Part shown: positions 52,034 to 64,000 of the stretch, in pieces
Layout: each line of letters opens with the position of its first letter
Numbering within the stretch: position 1 is the stretch's first letter
DNA from: Macrostomum lignano
Taxonomy: Eukaryota
NCBI GenBank assembly: GCA_002269645.1
Contig: NIVC01000606.1
Span: 124,001-188,000, forward strand
Direction of reading: 5' to 3'
DNA length: 64,000 nucleotides
Program-made: the position numbers and the translations under genes
Notes under the pieces: generated by a model
What the model was told of the DNA's origin: nothing
Databases searched by the model: none
What the model saw: only the letters and a program-made list of their open reading frames with translations

Positions 52034-54384
52034 GACTGTGTTGCAGTTGACTGTTTACAGGCTTAGCCAATACTGTGCAACAGGTGAGTAATACTGTCGA
52101 GTCGTTTCAGAGGAGCTTCGGTAAACAGCTTGGTTTGCTAAGCAGGAGTCGCGGCACTGCAGAGAGCTCCTTCTGCTAGACTGTAGCTGTCGGATAGGAG
52201 CTGAGCGGCCCTGAGGAGATCCAGGCTTGTAGCAAAGTTTCAGGGCTTAGGCAGGGGGGTTGGGGAGGGTCTGGGGGGGGGGTCGCTCTCCTTCTAGCCC
52301 CCCTGCCCGTCACATTTTCCTTCAACCCCTTTCCCTTTTCCTCCTGCCCTTCCCAAGCCGCCCTTCGCCGGTTAGAAGGAGTGAGGGGGGGGGAGAGGCG
52401 CGGGAGAGTCTGTTGGCCGAGGTTGCAGCCCAGTGTACAGCGGGCCCCCTCGGAGTTTTTCTGTACATTTCTTCTGTTCAGTGTTCCAACGCTGCAGTTT
52501 TTTTTTCAATCTTCGGTAGGCTCAATTTAGTAGGTTTTTTGTTCGGCTCGAGAGATACTTGATCAAGGGCGAGTCTTAGGTGACAGAACAAGGCTAAAAT
52601 GAGTGTTATATACAGAATGGAGTGAAATTGGTCCTTTCAAACCTAAGCATTCAATGCCAAGTTCTCATTTTCTAGAATGAGAAGTTAAACAACGAGCAGC
52701 GTTAGCAGAACAGACGATCCGCAATGCACAGGAAATGCTGGACTAAGTGATGCGGCTACAGCTTAGGTCAACAGAGCCGTTAGGTCTTGGAATCTGGGAT
52801 CTGGCAGGGGGGGGGGCTGCAGGGGGCACCTAGGTGCAGATCCTCCCCCTCCACACTCCCGATGCCTTCATTATCGATCGCGAAGGAGGAGGAGAGAAGA
52901 AGTAGGGAGAGAGGCGAGAGCAAGAGAGGGAGAGAGGCGAGAGAGCGGGCAGAGCGGCTCCAGAGTGAGGGGATTTAGCCGGCCACTGCACGCCAATGGG
53001 CCGCGGAAGCAGATCCTAAAATCCCAAATTCCTACTTCCCCTTCTTCTGTGCGCGCCTCCGCGGGGCGGGAGAAGCGGCAGCAGTGGCCGCAGTTATTGA
53101 AGTGCAGCAAAGCAATCAGGCGGGAGGCGATGGCTGCAGCCAAGGAGGATGGAGTTGGCTGTCGCCCCAGCCCCCTCCAGCTGTAAATCATTATCAGCCC
53201 CGCCAGTCTAGGAGGTAGGAATTAGACAGACGGAGAGGAGGGCCGTCATCGATTGCCCGCAGACACAGCACTGTCTGCCCGCCTGTCCGCCTGTCTCCTG
53301 CTGCAGCTCCATCCTTCACATCCTTGCTCCGCCATGCGCAAGAGAGAGAGAGAGAGAGAGAGCGAGGGTAGGGAGAGGGAGAGAAACTGCGATGTAGATG
53401 GAGCCGCCCGCTTATCCGTTGCCCAGGGTCTCCCCTCTGCCGCTGTCTTCCCGAGCTCGCGCACTGTTTTCCTAAGGCCCCTCTCGTTCCTTCTCTACTC
53501 CGGCCTCCGGCTCTATCTCGCGCTCCATCTGAGAGTTCTCTCTTCCGAGCATCAGCCGAGCCCCGAGCTAATTGACTTGAGCAAGGAGGCAGGCCAGCCG
53601 CCAGGGCTGTGGTTTAGGGCAAAATTGGAATTGGGGGATGGGGCTCTTTCCTCTTCTGCTCCCTCTCCTCTCAGTCTCTCCTCCCGCGCAACTCTTCTTA
53701 TTCTCATTTCCAGGCCTCCCCCGCGGGCTTGGAGTTCTTCTCCTCTGCGAGTTTTCTTGCTGTCTCATTACGGCGCTCCCCGTCCTTCCTCTTTCCACTT
53801 AATTTAGCGCGGGCTTACAGCCAACGACGCTTCGGAGATATCGCTAGCCAGTGGTTTGAGGCGTACCGCTGCCTCAGCCCCGCGGGAGGCCATCAAGGGC
53901 AATAAGTACACGGCGCGGTTTTTAAGCTAAAAATTCCAAAGATCCCATCTCCTTGCAGTTGCCTGTCTTCCTTCCTGCCTCGGAATCGTTGCGAGTCTAT
54001 TTTTGGCTGCATGGTCTGGCTGGGACGGCCAAGAAAGCTTTGGCTATAGCGGCCCGGTTGCTTCAGTCTCCCTCTCGTCCCTCCCTGCCGAATCCCCAAG
54101 CATGCAGGAATCCCTCTTAGCCAAGGGGCCACCGGGTGCGCTAAGAGCTGCTGCTGTTCTGAGAGGGGATTGGAAAACTATATAGTGGGAGCTGGGCAGC
54201 TTCCTCCCAGTTTTAATGTGTCAGCGAGGCCGAGCAAGTGGATTATTCATCTCCTCTTCCCTCTCTCGGGCATTGCCGAGCTCTCAGCCATGCCTCACTG
54301 GATTGAAGGCTGCCCGAGGAAACCAAATTTGCATTAGCAAAATAACATTTTCAAGCAGTCAGAGAGGCCAACTGTGTAAAGTAG

Positions 54385-55203
54385 AACTGGGATGGAGAAC
54401 TGAGAGACTGGGAGGATGGAGCCGCAGCACTGGGATGGAGAACTGAGAGACTGGGAGGATGGAGCCGCAGCACTGGGATGGAGAAGTGAGAGACTGGGAG
54501 GCTGGAGCCGCAGCACCGGGATGGAGAAGTGAGAGACTGGGAGGATGGAGCCGCAGCACCGGGATGGAGAAGTGAGAGACTGGGAGGCTGGAGCCGCAGC
54601 ACTGGGATGGAGAAGTGAGAGACTGGGAGGATGGAGCCGCAAGGTTTGAATGGAGAAGTGAGAGGCTGGGAGGCTGGAGCCGCAAGGCTTGGATGGAGAA
54701 GTGAGAGACTGGGAGGCTGGAGCCGCAGCACTGGGATGGAGAAGTGAGAGACTGGGAGGATGGAGCCGCAGCACTGGGATTGAGAAGTGAGAGACTGGGA
54801 GGCTGGAGCCGCAGCACTGGGATTGAGAAGTGAGAGACTGGGAGGATGGAGCCGCAGCACTGGGATGGAGAAGTGAGAGACTGGGAGGCTGGAGCCGCAG
54901 CAATGGGATGGAGAAGTGAGAGACTGGGAGGATGGAGCCGCAGCACTGGGATGGAGAAGTGAGAGACTGGGAGGATGGAGCCGCAAGACTTGGATGGAGA
55001 AGTGAGAGACTGGGAGGCTGGAGCCGCAGGACCAGGATGGAGAAGTGAGAGACTGGGAGGCTGGAGCCGCAGCAATGGGATGGAGAAGTGAGAGGCTGGG
55101 AGGCTGGAGCCGCAAGACTTGGATGGAGAAGTGAGAGACTGGGAGGCTGGAGCCGCAGGACCAGGATGGAGAAGTGAGAGACTGGGAGGCTGGAGCCGCA
55201 GGG
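54385..55203. repeat. 43-bp minisatellite (GGATGGAGAAGTGAGAGACTGGGAGGCTGGAGCCGCAGCACTG), ~19 copies
   Basis: Direct tandem units; ORFs 54334-55267 are repeat translations. Confidence 0.95.
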
Positions 55204-56017
55204 CCAGATAGAACTTCCAAACGATAAAAAGAAAGTAAGCGCTTGCTTTAGCGATATTAAGCTGCAAAATAGATTGCGCGTTTAATACAAGCGTATGGAT
55301 AAATAAAAGAATTATGATTTATTTTGAAACTCTAATTACAGATTAGCATTTTATGGCGATGAGTTCAGCCAGTGCTGAGTAGCAGCCGAGAACTTTGACA
55401 ATTTAAAATAAAACAAAAGAACTACTAAGCAGATAAACAAAACTGGCGCGATTCGATTCTATTAAAAAAAAGAAAAACACTACTGAAAACTCTCAGCCTT
55501 GAGAATAATTTGCCATAGGGGAAGCTGACACTACATAGGCAATCTTGCAGCACTGTACATCGCGGCTTGGTACCTATAGAGAATATGGCGCAGCAAATTT
55601 TAATGCGCAACTATAAAAGCGGTTCCGGGCAAAACAAAACAACAAAAGCAATACCGGGAGCAGCAAGGAAACACAACGGTTCATAGGGGATTTTTGTAAC
55701 TGCAGTAAAGCTAAATACACATGTGTTTATGCAGGAAGTACACCGCGACACCGCCTACAAAATTGGAGTTTCTAGGAAATACTTGAATTAGAATCGGTAG
55801 AATTATTTTATGGAACAATCAATTAGAAGCAGAGAAATAATCTACGCTGATGATCTTGATAATTGAATGAATTGAAGGTTCACAATAATGTACAAATTGC
55901 GGAGAGCATACATGTACAGTATGTATGTGCTCGTGTCTCATGTTGCTCATGTGACATGTCGGAATCATGTCCTTGATGGAAGAATTAAGGTATTAGAAGC
56001 GTAGAATTATAAATTAT

Positions 56018-56446
56018 GCAATCATGTACCCGGATGTCAGAATCATGTACCCGGATGTCAGAATCATGTACCCGGAGGTCGGAATCATTTACCCAGATGA
56101 CTGAATCATGTACCCAGTGGTCAGAATCATGTACCCAGATGACTGAATCATGTACCCAGTGGTCAGAATCATGTACCCGGATGTCAGAATCATGTACCCG
56201 GATGTCAGAATCATGTACCCAGATGTCTGAATCATGTACCCAGTGGTCAGAATCATGTACCCGCATGTCAGAATCCTGTACCCGGATGTCAGAATCCTGT
56301 ACCCGGGATGTCGGAATCATGTACCCGGATGTCAGAATCATGTACCCGGAGGTCGGAATCATGTACCCGGATGTCAGAATCATGTACCCGGATGTCAGAA
56401 TCCTGTACCCGGAGGTCGGAATCATGTACCCGGATGTCAGAATCAG
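56018..56446. repeat. 21-bp minisatellite (AATCATGTACCCGGATGTCAG), ~20 copies
   Basis: Begins ~40 nt 3' of the nuclear receptor stop codon on the transcribed strand. Confidence 0.95.
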
Positions 56447-56483
56447 GGAATCGCACGGCACAGCGAATGCCCCAGCAACACAG

Positions 56484-59400
56484 TCAGAGCTCAGCAGCGG
56501 TCTCGTCCGGCGATTCGTCCTGCAGATCCAGGAACTCGGCCATCAGCGGCCGAACTAGTCGGGCATTAGCTCGGCCGGCCAGTCCAACAAATTGGCGCTC
56601 CAGGCGGCGCAGCTCGGCCAGCTGTCCGAGCAGCTGCGGATACAGGCGCCTGGCCTCGGCCGCGGGGTGCCGGGTGCGCAGCAGCCGCTCCAGCAGGCGG
56701 CAGTAGCCGGCCTGCGCCGTCTCGACCAGACCGCGGCCCTCCTCGGACAGCGCGGGCCGGTCCGGGCTGAACAGGCAGGCCAGCAGCAGCAGGACGAGGG
56801 TCGGCCGGTCCGCCTGCATGCCGTGGCGCAGGCCGGCCGCCAGGCGCAGCAGAGCCTGGCCGCTGGCGCCGGCCGCTCGGAGGAAGTCGCCGCCGTCCAT
56901 GGCCAGCGAGGCCGCCCGGTCGGCGTCAGCGTCGTCAAGGAAACGGGCGCCGTCGGGGTCGAAGCTGATGACGCCGCGCAGCAGGATGAGCTCCATGGCG
57001 CCGCCTTTGAGCAGGGCCACCTGCGGTGATGAAGAATAAGCGAGTTTTCTTTTCAAACAGATGCCGAAGTGTAAATGCGACCCGAGCCCTGACCCACCTT
57101 GTCCTGCTGGCTCAGCTGTCTGAAGGGCTCCAGCCGTTTGCTCAGGTCGATGACCCGCAGCACGGACAGCTCGGCGAAGTTGATGAGGTCGTCCACGCCG
57201 ACTGGGGCCGCGACTCGCTCGCCTGGCGGCGCCTGAGGCGGCAGCACGCAGGCCTCGGAGCTGGCGTAACTGTCCATCGCGCTGCGGACCTCGGCGAGCT
57301 CAGCCTCGGTGAGCAGCTCTCGCTGGGCGAGCTCAGCAGCCGGCAGGTCTTTCGGCAGCAGCTGCATCGCCTCCAGACTGCGGACCAGCCTTGGCGAGTG
57401 GGGGAGGTTTGAGCATTGCCAGTGAGAGCGGCATCTGAGTGAGGTTCTGATCCTATCATCTCACAATCCCTATGGGATTCTGATCCCACAGTCTCGATGA
57501 GATTCTGATCCTATCATCTCAAGTCTCGATGAGATTCTGATCCTATCATCTCACAGTCCCCATGAGATTCTGATCCCACAGTCTCCATGAGATTCTGATC
57601 CTATCATCTAAGTCTCGATGAGATTCTGATCCCATAGTCTCCATGAGATTCTGATCCTATCATCTCACAGTCTCTATGAGATTCTGATCCCATAGTCTCC
57701 ATGAGATTGTGATCCCATAGTCTCCAAGAGATTATGATCCGATAGTCTCCAAGAGATTCTGATCCCATGGTCTCCATGAGATTCTGATCCCAGTCTCTAT
57801 GAGATTGTGATCCCATAGTCTCTATGAGATTCTGATCCCACAGTCTCCACGAGATTCTGATCCTCATGGAGACTATATAACGAGATTCCCAGCTTCTGCA
57901 TTCCCACTGGTACATGCACGCCATGCTCCCATCCCGAACAACTGCATTTAGCTGACAATGCTTGAGTACAGCCCCGCTTGTACTGCAGCCATCAAAGCAA
58001 TTTGATTCAACTCCAAATCGAATTCTCAGCAAGCGCGTGTCTGGCACAGCCCGGACAGCAATTATATGCAAGCCAGACACACAGTGGGGAGCCATGCGCG
58101 CGCATCTGTTCCAGCGGCCGCGTTCCCACACTTCCCACAGCTCCATGACGGGATATCCATGACGGCTGCCTTGCCCGCCTCCTCCTGCGGAGAGTCCGCA
58201 TCAATTATTTATACCAAGTCCTGTGCTCACACCGCGGCTCTAAAAACTCACACTGCCCCACCATCACCAAGCCTCCATAAGGCTTGGTATCCTCCATACG
58301 GCCCCCCTGTTTCCCATCATCTTTGCTCAGCCTCAAATTGTTCAAATGCCACTAAAAAACCGGCACTATTTTTAAAGGCGTTGTTTCCAACGGACCGTTT
58401 CGGTAAATGCGTTAAAAATAAAATAAAAATCTAGCATTTCTACTTGCAGCAGATGAACCGCATTTTAGTTACCAAACGTGAGCTAAGGGGCTCGCTTACT
58501 TGTTCTGATCGATCTTCTTCCGTTTCTCCTGCTTCTCCTGCTCGGACAGGATGTACTCCTTTTTCATGCCGACATCGAAGCACTTGCGTAGTCGGCAGTG
58601 CTTGCAGAAACGCCTGTTGGACACGTCCATGATGCAATGGCCCTCGTAGGGGCATTTAAATGCTGACTGTCGGAGGGTTGTTCGGTGGAAATGCATAGCT
58701 TAGAGACGGGAGGGTGTTATATTGAGATTGGATCCCACTGCCAGAGATACAGGATCCCACTGCCAGATACAGGATCCCACTGCCAGAGATACGATCCCAC
58801 TGCCAGAGACAGGATCCCACTGCCAGAGATAGGATCCCACTGCCAGAGACAGGATCCTACTGCCAGAGAAAGGATCCCACTGCTAGAGATACGATCCCAC
58901 TGCCAGAGATATGATCCCACTGCCAGAGATAGGATCCCACTGCCAGAGAAAGGATCCCACTGCCAGAGAAAAGATCCCACTGCCAGAGATATGATCCCAC
59001 TGCCAGAGATAGGATCCCACTGCCAGAGACAGGATCCCACTGCCAGAGATAGGATCCCACTGCCAGAGATAGGATCCCACTGCCAGAGACAGGATCCCAC
59101 TGCCAGAGATAGGATCCCACTGCCAGAGAAAAGATCCCACTGCCAGAGATAGGATCCCACTGCCAGAGATAGGATCCCACTGCCAGAGACAGGATCCCAC
59201 TGCCAGAGATAGGATCCCACTGCCAGAGATAGGATCCCACTGCCAGAGAAAGGATCCCACTGCTAGAGATAGGATCCCACTGCCAGAGATAGGATCCCAC
59301 TGCCAGAGAAAGGATCCCAGACAGCACACTCACCACACCCCTGCCAGCGTTGCGCCGGAAGAAAGCCTTGCAGCTCTCGCAGCTGACGGCGTCAAAGTTA

Positions 59401-59896
59401 AATCCCAGCGCTTTGTCGCCGCAGACGCCGCAGATTTTGTCTTCGCGCGGTCGCGGCGCCCGCCTCTGCGGTCCGATGCCGCCGCCACCGGGCGGCACCG
59501 CGGCGGATGAGGATGAGGAGCTGACCTCGGCTGGCGACAGCGGCTCGGGCTTGGCCGGCTCCGACGGCGGAGTGACGCACTCGAACAGGAAGTCTCCGTC
59601 GATGCTCGGACCGGAGGCTGCTTCTGCAAGAGAATTGGCGGCTGTTGTTGCTGCTGCTGCAGCTCGGAGAAGGCCGAGTACATGCCGGTTGAGTCCGAGC
59701 CAGGGGACAGGTCCTCCGAGCGGCCAAGGATTAAGCCGCTGCCGTAGGCGGCTGACTCCTCCTGCTCGAATGGGGCAAGCAGCTCGAACTTTAAGTCGTC
59801 CAGCGGGCCGCCGTGCATTGTGGAGGACATCAGGCTGCGCTGCTGAGAGTGCGGCTGCTGCTGCTGCTGCTGCGGCTGCTGATACTGCATAGGCGG

Positions 59897-59927
<31 letters not shown>

Positions 59928-59962
59928 ATTGGAGGTGGCTGATAAAACTGCCACGAGAATGG

Positions 59963-60001
<39 letters not shown>

Positions 60002-61548
60002 TTGTTGCTGCACCTGACTGCAAAGAAGGTGTTTTAAAATGTTTTTTTGTTTTTTTGTTGCATATCTTCTAGATACTATGCATAGTCATTTGCTACTACT
60101 TGAAACCGGTTAGCAGTAGTCAAATAAGAAAATATAGAATCGAAGGTTTCGGTGCATATTTAAAGGTGAAAGGCTGCTGTAGAGTGCATGGGCGATGGCC
60201 GAGGACATTTCCTTCGAGCTTCGGAATTATTTGTGCGCCGCTTACAATCACTTTGATGATTAAATTGTAAACCCAAGTTCCGGAGCCCAGGCTATAACTT
60301 ACGTTAGTAATACCCACTAATGAGTAATGAGTATATGAACTTGTATTTACTTGTACTTTCCCGTTTTCCAGTTGTATGATTGTATCACAATAGTGTGACA
60401 ATGGTGTAATGTTTATGATATTTATGGAGGCTACAAGTTCAAAACCAGCAAATTGAACGAAGCAAATTTAAGAATTCAAATAATTTGGCCGTAAACTCGG
60501 CGAGATTCTCAAATCAGTATGAATAAAATGAGTGCGTCCTTCTGAGCAAGTGCTCAAAACGAGCTTCCCAAGAATTAGTGTTCTCTCTGTGAGCAAATGC
60601 TCGGTGACTGAATAGAGACTCGCTTCAGTATTCCAGATGGCCGAATTCATTCCAGACAGAGTGCCTGCGGAGCGAAAACTATGGGCCGTATGCAGAAAGC
60701 TCCGTCTAGGGTAGTCCGGTCTTGAAAAGCTAGTCTAGACTTGGATTTGGTATGCAGAAACACAAAGTTAGACCAGTCTACTATAGCAGAACTAGGCTAG
60801 CTAGACCATAGACTATAGACTGAACTAGGCTAGCTAGACCATAGATTATAGACTGAACTACCCAAGTCCGGACTAGCTAGTCTGGACTAGGCTTTCTGCA
60901 TACGGCCCTATATATGGAGCGACACAGTATGGACGTGTATCGCGACGATGAGTTTCGAATAAGCGGCTCTTTCGTTTCTCTCGTGAAAGCGTTGGGTTTC
61001 TGGGATCTCGTCGTCGGCTTCTACCGGGCTCATCTCTGTTGAATTCCTATTCTATTGAAATCAAACTGACGCAAAGCTAAGTTAAGTCAGTTTCTACTCG
61101 AGACAGACGCTAGGACGAAAGATTTATACGACACACGAGAGATGCCGGGGGCCGCTTTCTCTTCGTCTATGGCCAAGATGTGCCGAGCAATTACTCAAAT
61201 GAGGAGCAAATGAGAAATTTCTTTATTCATATGAACATTGAGCAACTGCTCCAGATCAGAGCAGTTGCTCGAGTTCGAGCTCTTGCTCAATCTCAGAGTT
61301 TGAAGTGAAACTCGCCAGTTATTGCTCACTTTATTTATATGGCCAAATTTATCGCTTCTTTGGCAACAACAGTGACAAATTGTGTGATTTCATGCTCCTA
61401 ATTGCAAGACTGAAACAAATAATGCTAAATTGAGGCAAGAATAAGTCAAATAAATAAGTCAACAAAGAGAAGAGGTGATCCAACGTTAATAATGCGATTG
61501 CAGAATCACTTACCTTAAATAGCCAGAATTAATACAGATAGAAGTCAT
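56484..61548 (-). CDS. Hr96: Nuclear receptor, HR96/DAF-12 (NR1J) type (exons 61514-61548 inferred, 59334-60017, 58500-58666, 57098-57377, 56484-57020)
   Basis: [34 protein letters not shown] / [39 protein letters not shown] with the ESCKA P-box. LBD ...[22 protein letters not shown] and AF-2 PLMAEFLD. PolyQ N-terminus. The large exon needs a frame change (see findings). Confidence 0.88.
57445..57870. repeat. Variable 23-28-bp intronic minisatellite (GAGATTCTGATCCCATAGTCTCCAT)
   Basis: Tandem degenerate units in the receptor hinge intron. Confidence 0.9.
58728..59319. repeat. 20-bp intronic minisatellite (AGGATCCCACTGCCAGAGAT), ~30 copies
   Basis: Fills the intron between the two zinc-finger exons, starting ~14 nt after the donor. 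Confidence 0.95.
59860..60010 (-). repeat. CAG/CAA trinucleotide tracts (polyQ) in the receptor N-terminal exon
   Basis: Several (CAG)n/(CAA)n runs in frame with the ORF at 59330..60013. Confidence 0.85.
60683..60908. mobile_element. PIF/Harbinger (Tourist-like) MITE, 226 bp
   Basis: Perfect 18-bp TIR GGGCCGTATGCAGAAAGC, 3-bp TAT on both flanks, and an internal ~33-bp tandem duplication. Confidence 0.8.
61240..61270. other. Perfect hairpin, 12-bp stem / 7-nt loop, within a degenerate palindrome (~61171-61344)
   Basis: GAGCAACTGCTC-CAGATCA-GAGCAGTTGCTC; flanking GGCCA...GAGCAAT arms suggest an old MITE. Confidence 0.55.
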
Positions 61549-63684
61549 TTCTCACTGTCTGTACTCGCCTTGTCAACTTTATAATCAGAATCAGATAACT
61601 AAAACACGTGTTGCACTTGATAACCTCAGCTTGGATTATCAAAGCTTGTGGTTAAGTCCCAGATTTGTTTTGCTGGTGCGAAAAGTTTAAAAGATCGCAG
61701 CATTTATGTGAGTTAGCGGGAGGAGGGGCGGCTGCCGGCCCAATGGCGGCCCCTCCTCATTCCCAGCTCTTACTTAGGGTTCACCCGGTTTGGCTGCGAG
61801 CTAAATTAGGAAATCTAGTCCGCCTATGCGTCATGTGCGTACACCCAGGGAGGGGCCACGCGGTGCGGACGGCGGGTAGAGGAGAGAGAGGGAAAGGGGT
61901 GAGAGAGTGAGTGATATTGAGGGTTCCGCGTACACGCCATGCCTTTTCTAGAATGGACCTCGCGGAATTCAGTTTGCCTTTGTAGGAAAGGCGCGGGAAA
62001 TTCACGTGACGCGATTCCGGAATAAGTTCGTCAAAACAGGGAATTAGACTTCATTAAAATCGAAAAGTTATTGAGTCAAGATCAGGAAAAGCGATATATC
62101 ATCTCCTGTGTCCAAAATTTGGGCCACTAAGACCAAGGAGGAAATGTTTCTTTAACTTACTTTACAAGAAATTACTAGCTTCATTTAAATTAGACGAATT
62201 TTGTTCTTCATCAAATTAAGTAAATATTAAAACAAACGGATCCCTAGAAAGAAGCCTTAAGTGCCCTTTAAAAACCACTTTTCTCGAGAAGCTTTTTATG
62301 CGCTTTGCCGATAAGCTAGAGGGGTTAGAAGGGATTGGGGGGGACAAACCTTCATTCAATGTACACTCGCACAGTGTACATACATAGCTATTTACAAATG
62401 TACTCAGACTAGAATAGGACGGACGGGAGAATCCATCATAAGTCAGTGCGTACATAATAAGCACGAAGCGGCCGCCCCTCAGGCTGAAATAGAAAGATAA
62501 CAAGCGCAGAGTTGAGAAAGTGCGACAAAATGCACCGAATGACCCCGAAAGCCCTCCAAGCTCTGTTCAAAAGCTGCGCTTTCCAGTTTATCCAGTTTTG
62601 TAAATTGCGAGCGTAAAATGGGCGGCAGCAACGCTGGGTAAGTCGTTAAATTCGAAATCTCAACTCTAAAGATTTAGGCGGTTTCAAGTCATTAAAGCAA
62701 ATTGCGAAGGCGGACTGGCGGAGCTTGGGGGTAGTGGAACGCAATACTCGTGATAATCCACCCTGTAATAACTTCTTTTGCCCTTAATAAATCCACCTCC
62801 AAAATTCAAAGAACTTGCATAAATTTGAAGTGGAAGAGTGTCCTGGAACAGTGTCAGAAGAAATATATTCCTTTCGGAAATGCACAACATTTGATAGCGG
62901 CGAATTTGGTTTTTAAAAAGAACGACAGAATGACAGAAAGTTTTTAAGGTTTGGAAAAGCTACAGATAACTGTTGGAATTTGAGCCGTGAGTTCGAGCTC
63001 TCTTAGAGTCGTCAGTCGGTGCTGTCTTAGGAGTCATGTTCCTACCATGGGATTATAGAGTGTTGCATTCTCTGCATTTTTGAATCAGCTGCACCAGTTA
63101 AAAATAAAACAATGAACTTAGGATGCTCCATTGTCTGTCTGTCCAACTACTGTTGCAGTGTTAAATCCCGTTAAAAATACCCGGTAATTTTTATTGTAAA
63201 ATATAGGTTCTGGTTGATAACAAAAAGAATCAGTATCCTGCTTGCTTACCTGTACAGGTGCTGGTGTCCGAGCAAGAGTTTCGCCGAAAAAAACTGAGGG
63301 TCTGCAAAGTCAGGTGTGTCAGCTTTCAACTATTAAAACAGAAGCTCCAGTTGTTCTGATTGTGTGGCAATTTATGCTCTGACAACTTTTGAGTTTCGCT
63401 CTTGAATTTATATACTTGAAGCATAGCTGGCGGCCTAATCAAAGACATTTATAAACCCCAACCCGGCCCTGATCTCCTCTGTGTGCGGCCTCCGCCTGTG
63501 CGCAAAGATCATATAAATTCGTTCGTTTCTCTCCTTTGTCGGTGAGCTGGAAGAGCTGCTGTATTTTTGGACCGATGGGTGGGTAGGGCGCCATAATTGA
63601 TGTCCATGCGTGCGCACCCGCCCCCCATAGCCATGGAGACCTTGTAGTTAGAATCTGGACTGGGAGTGGCTTAGACCAAGGAGT

Positions 63685-63972
63685 TTATAATCCACAAGCT
63701 TCTACCCCCCCCTTCTATCCGGCCCTCGGGGTCTTTTGACACTTCACGATAGCAATCTGACCCGCTTAAGGCTTATGTCTCTTCTCTCCACTCTTCTCTC
63801 TTATCTCTCCTTTTTCTTCTCTCCTCTTATCTTTTCTCTCACGTCTGTTCTCTCATTTCTTTTCTTTTCTCTCTCCTCTATTCCCTCTTACTTTCCTCTC
63901 TCATCTCTCCCGGTAGTCTTGAGCTAGATTATTTATTTGGCCCTTGAAGTAAAATTGTTTGCTGACAAAGGG
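63685..63972. mobile_element. Degenerate relative of the hAT/CT-tract element
   Basis: Shares CTATCCGGCCCTCGGG with 50596-50612, then a CT tract (63775-63910), then AAAATTGTTTGCTGAC resembling the right TIR. Confidence 0.45.
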
Positions 63973-64000
63973 TTGGACTAATTAATCGTTTGAAAGCTGA

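Noticed and set aside
54334-56558. Repeat-protein ORFs in the 43-bp and 21-bp arrays
   Set aside because: They are tandem-repeat read-throughs with near-cognate or incidental starts and no domain similarity.
56555-57412. Antisense and alternative-frame ORFs over the receptor LBD, and similar ORFs over SLC23, ADK and HMG exons
   Set aside because: These are shadow ORFs expected in GC-rich coding sequence.
58007-58192. Extra HR96 hinge exon ([10 protein letters not shown]...)
   Set aside because: It has a phase-2 acceptor but runs to a stop without a convincing donor. The gene splices in frame without it, though it cannot be fully excluded.
63250-63330. Additional 5' exon of HR96 ending at CAG|GTAAGC
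   Set aside because: It has a good donor but no ATG or independent support. It may be a 5'UTR exon, but this cannot be shown from sequence alone.

Overview
Eukaryotic invertebrate genomic DNA, not prokaryotic. GC3-rich exons, minisatellite-stuffed introns, an HR96-type receptor and tandem tetraspanins suggest a free-living flatworm such as Macrostomum; this is an inference that the sequence alone cannot confirm. I assembled gene models by hand from GT/AG sites and checked reading phase. The genes are: intronless AP-2 sigma (AP2S1); a 2-exon TFAM-like HMG-box gene; a 4-exon adenosine kinase-like gene; two tandem SLC23/NCS2 nucleobase-ascorbate transporters (one intact, one with lesions); two tandem 6-exon tetraspanins; and an HR96/NR1J nuclear receptor whose large 5' exon changes frame. 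Mobile DNA includes a Ngaro/DIRS-type tyrosine-recombinase retroelement relic, a TTAA-flanked piggyBac with fold-back structure, adjacent P-family THAP and MITE elements, hAT and Harbinger-like MITEs, and two inverted tRNA-derived SINEs. About 6 kb near the start is G-rich, telomere-like satellite with higher-order structure. The most unusual signals are: sharply bounded CpG-stripped, TpA-rich blocks around a CpG-rich mini-exon; the HR96 frame switch, which a 62-nt GC-AG intron could resolve; the mosaic SLC23 duplicate whose two frameshifts each have a frame-restoring cryptic splice site; and an intron array that reads as repeated GTGAGT donor consensus. Most long ORFs in the supplied track are artefacts of tandem repeats.
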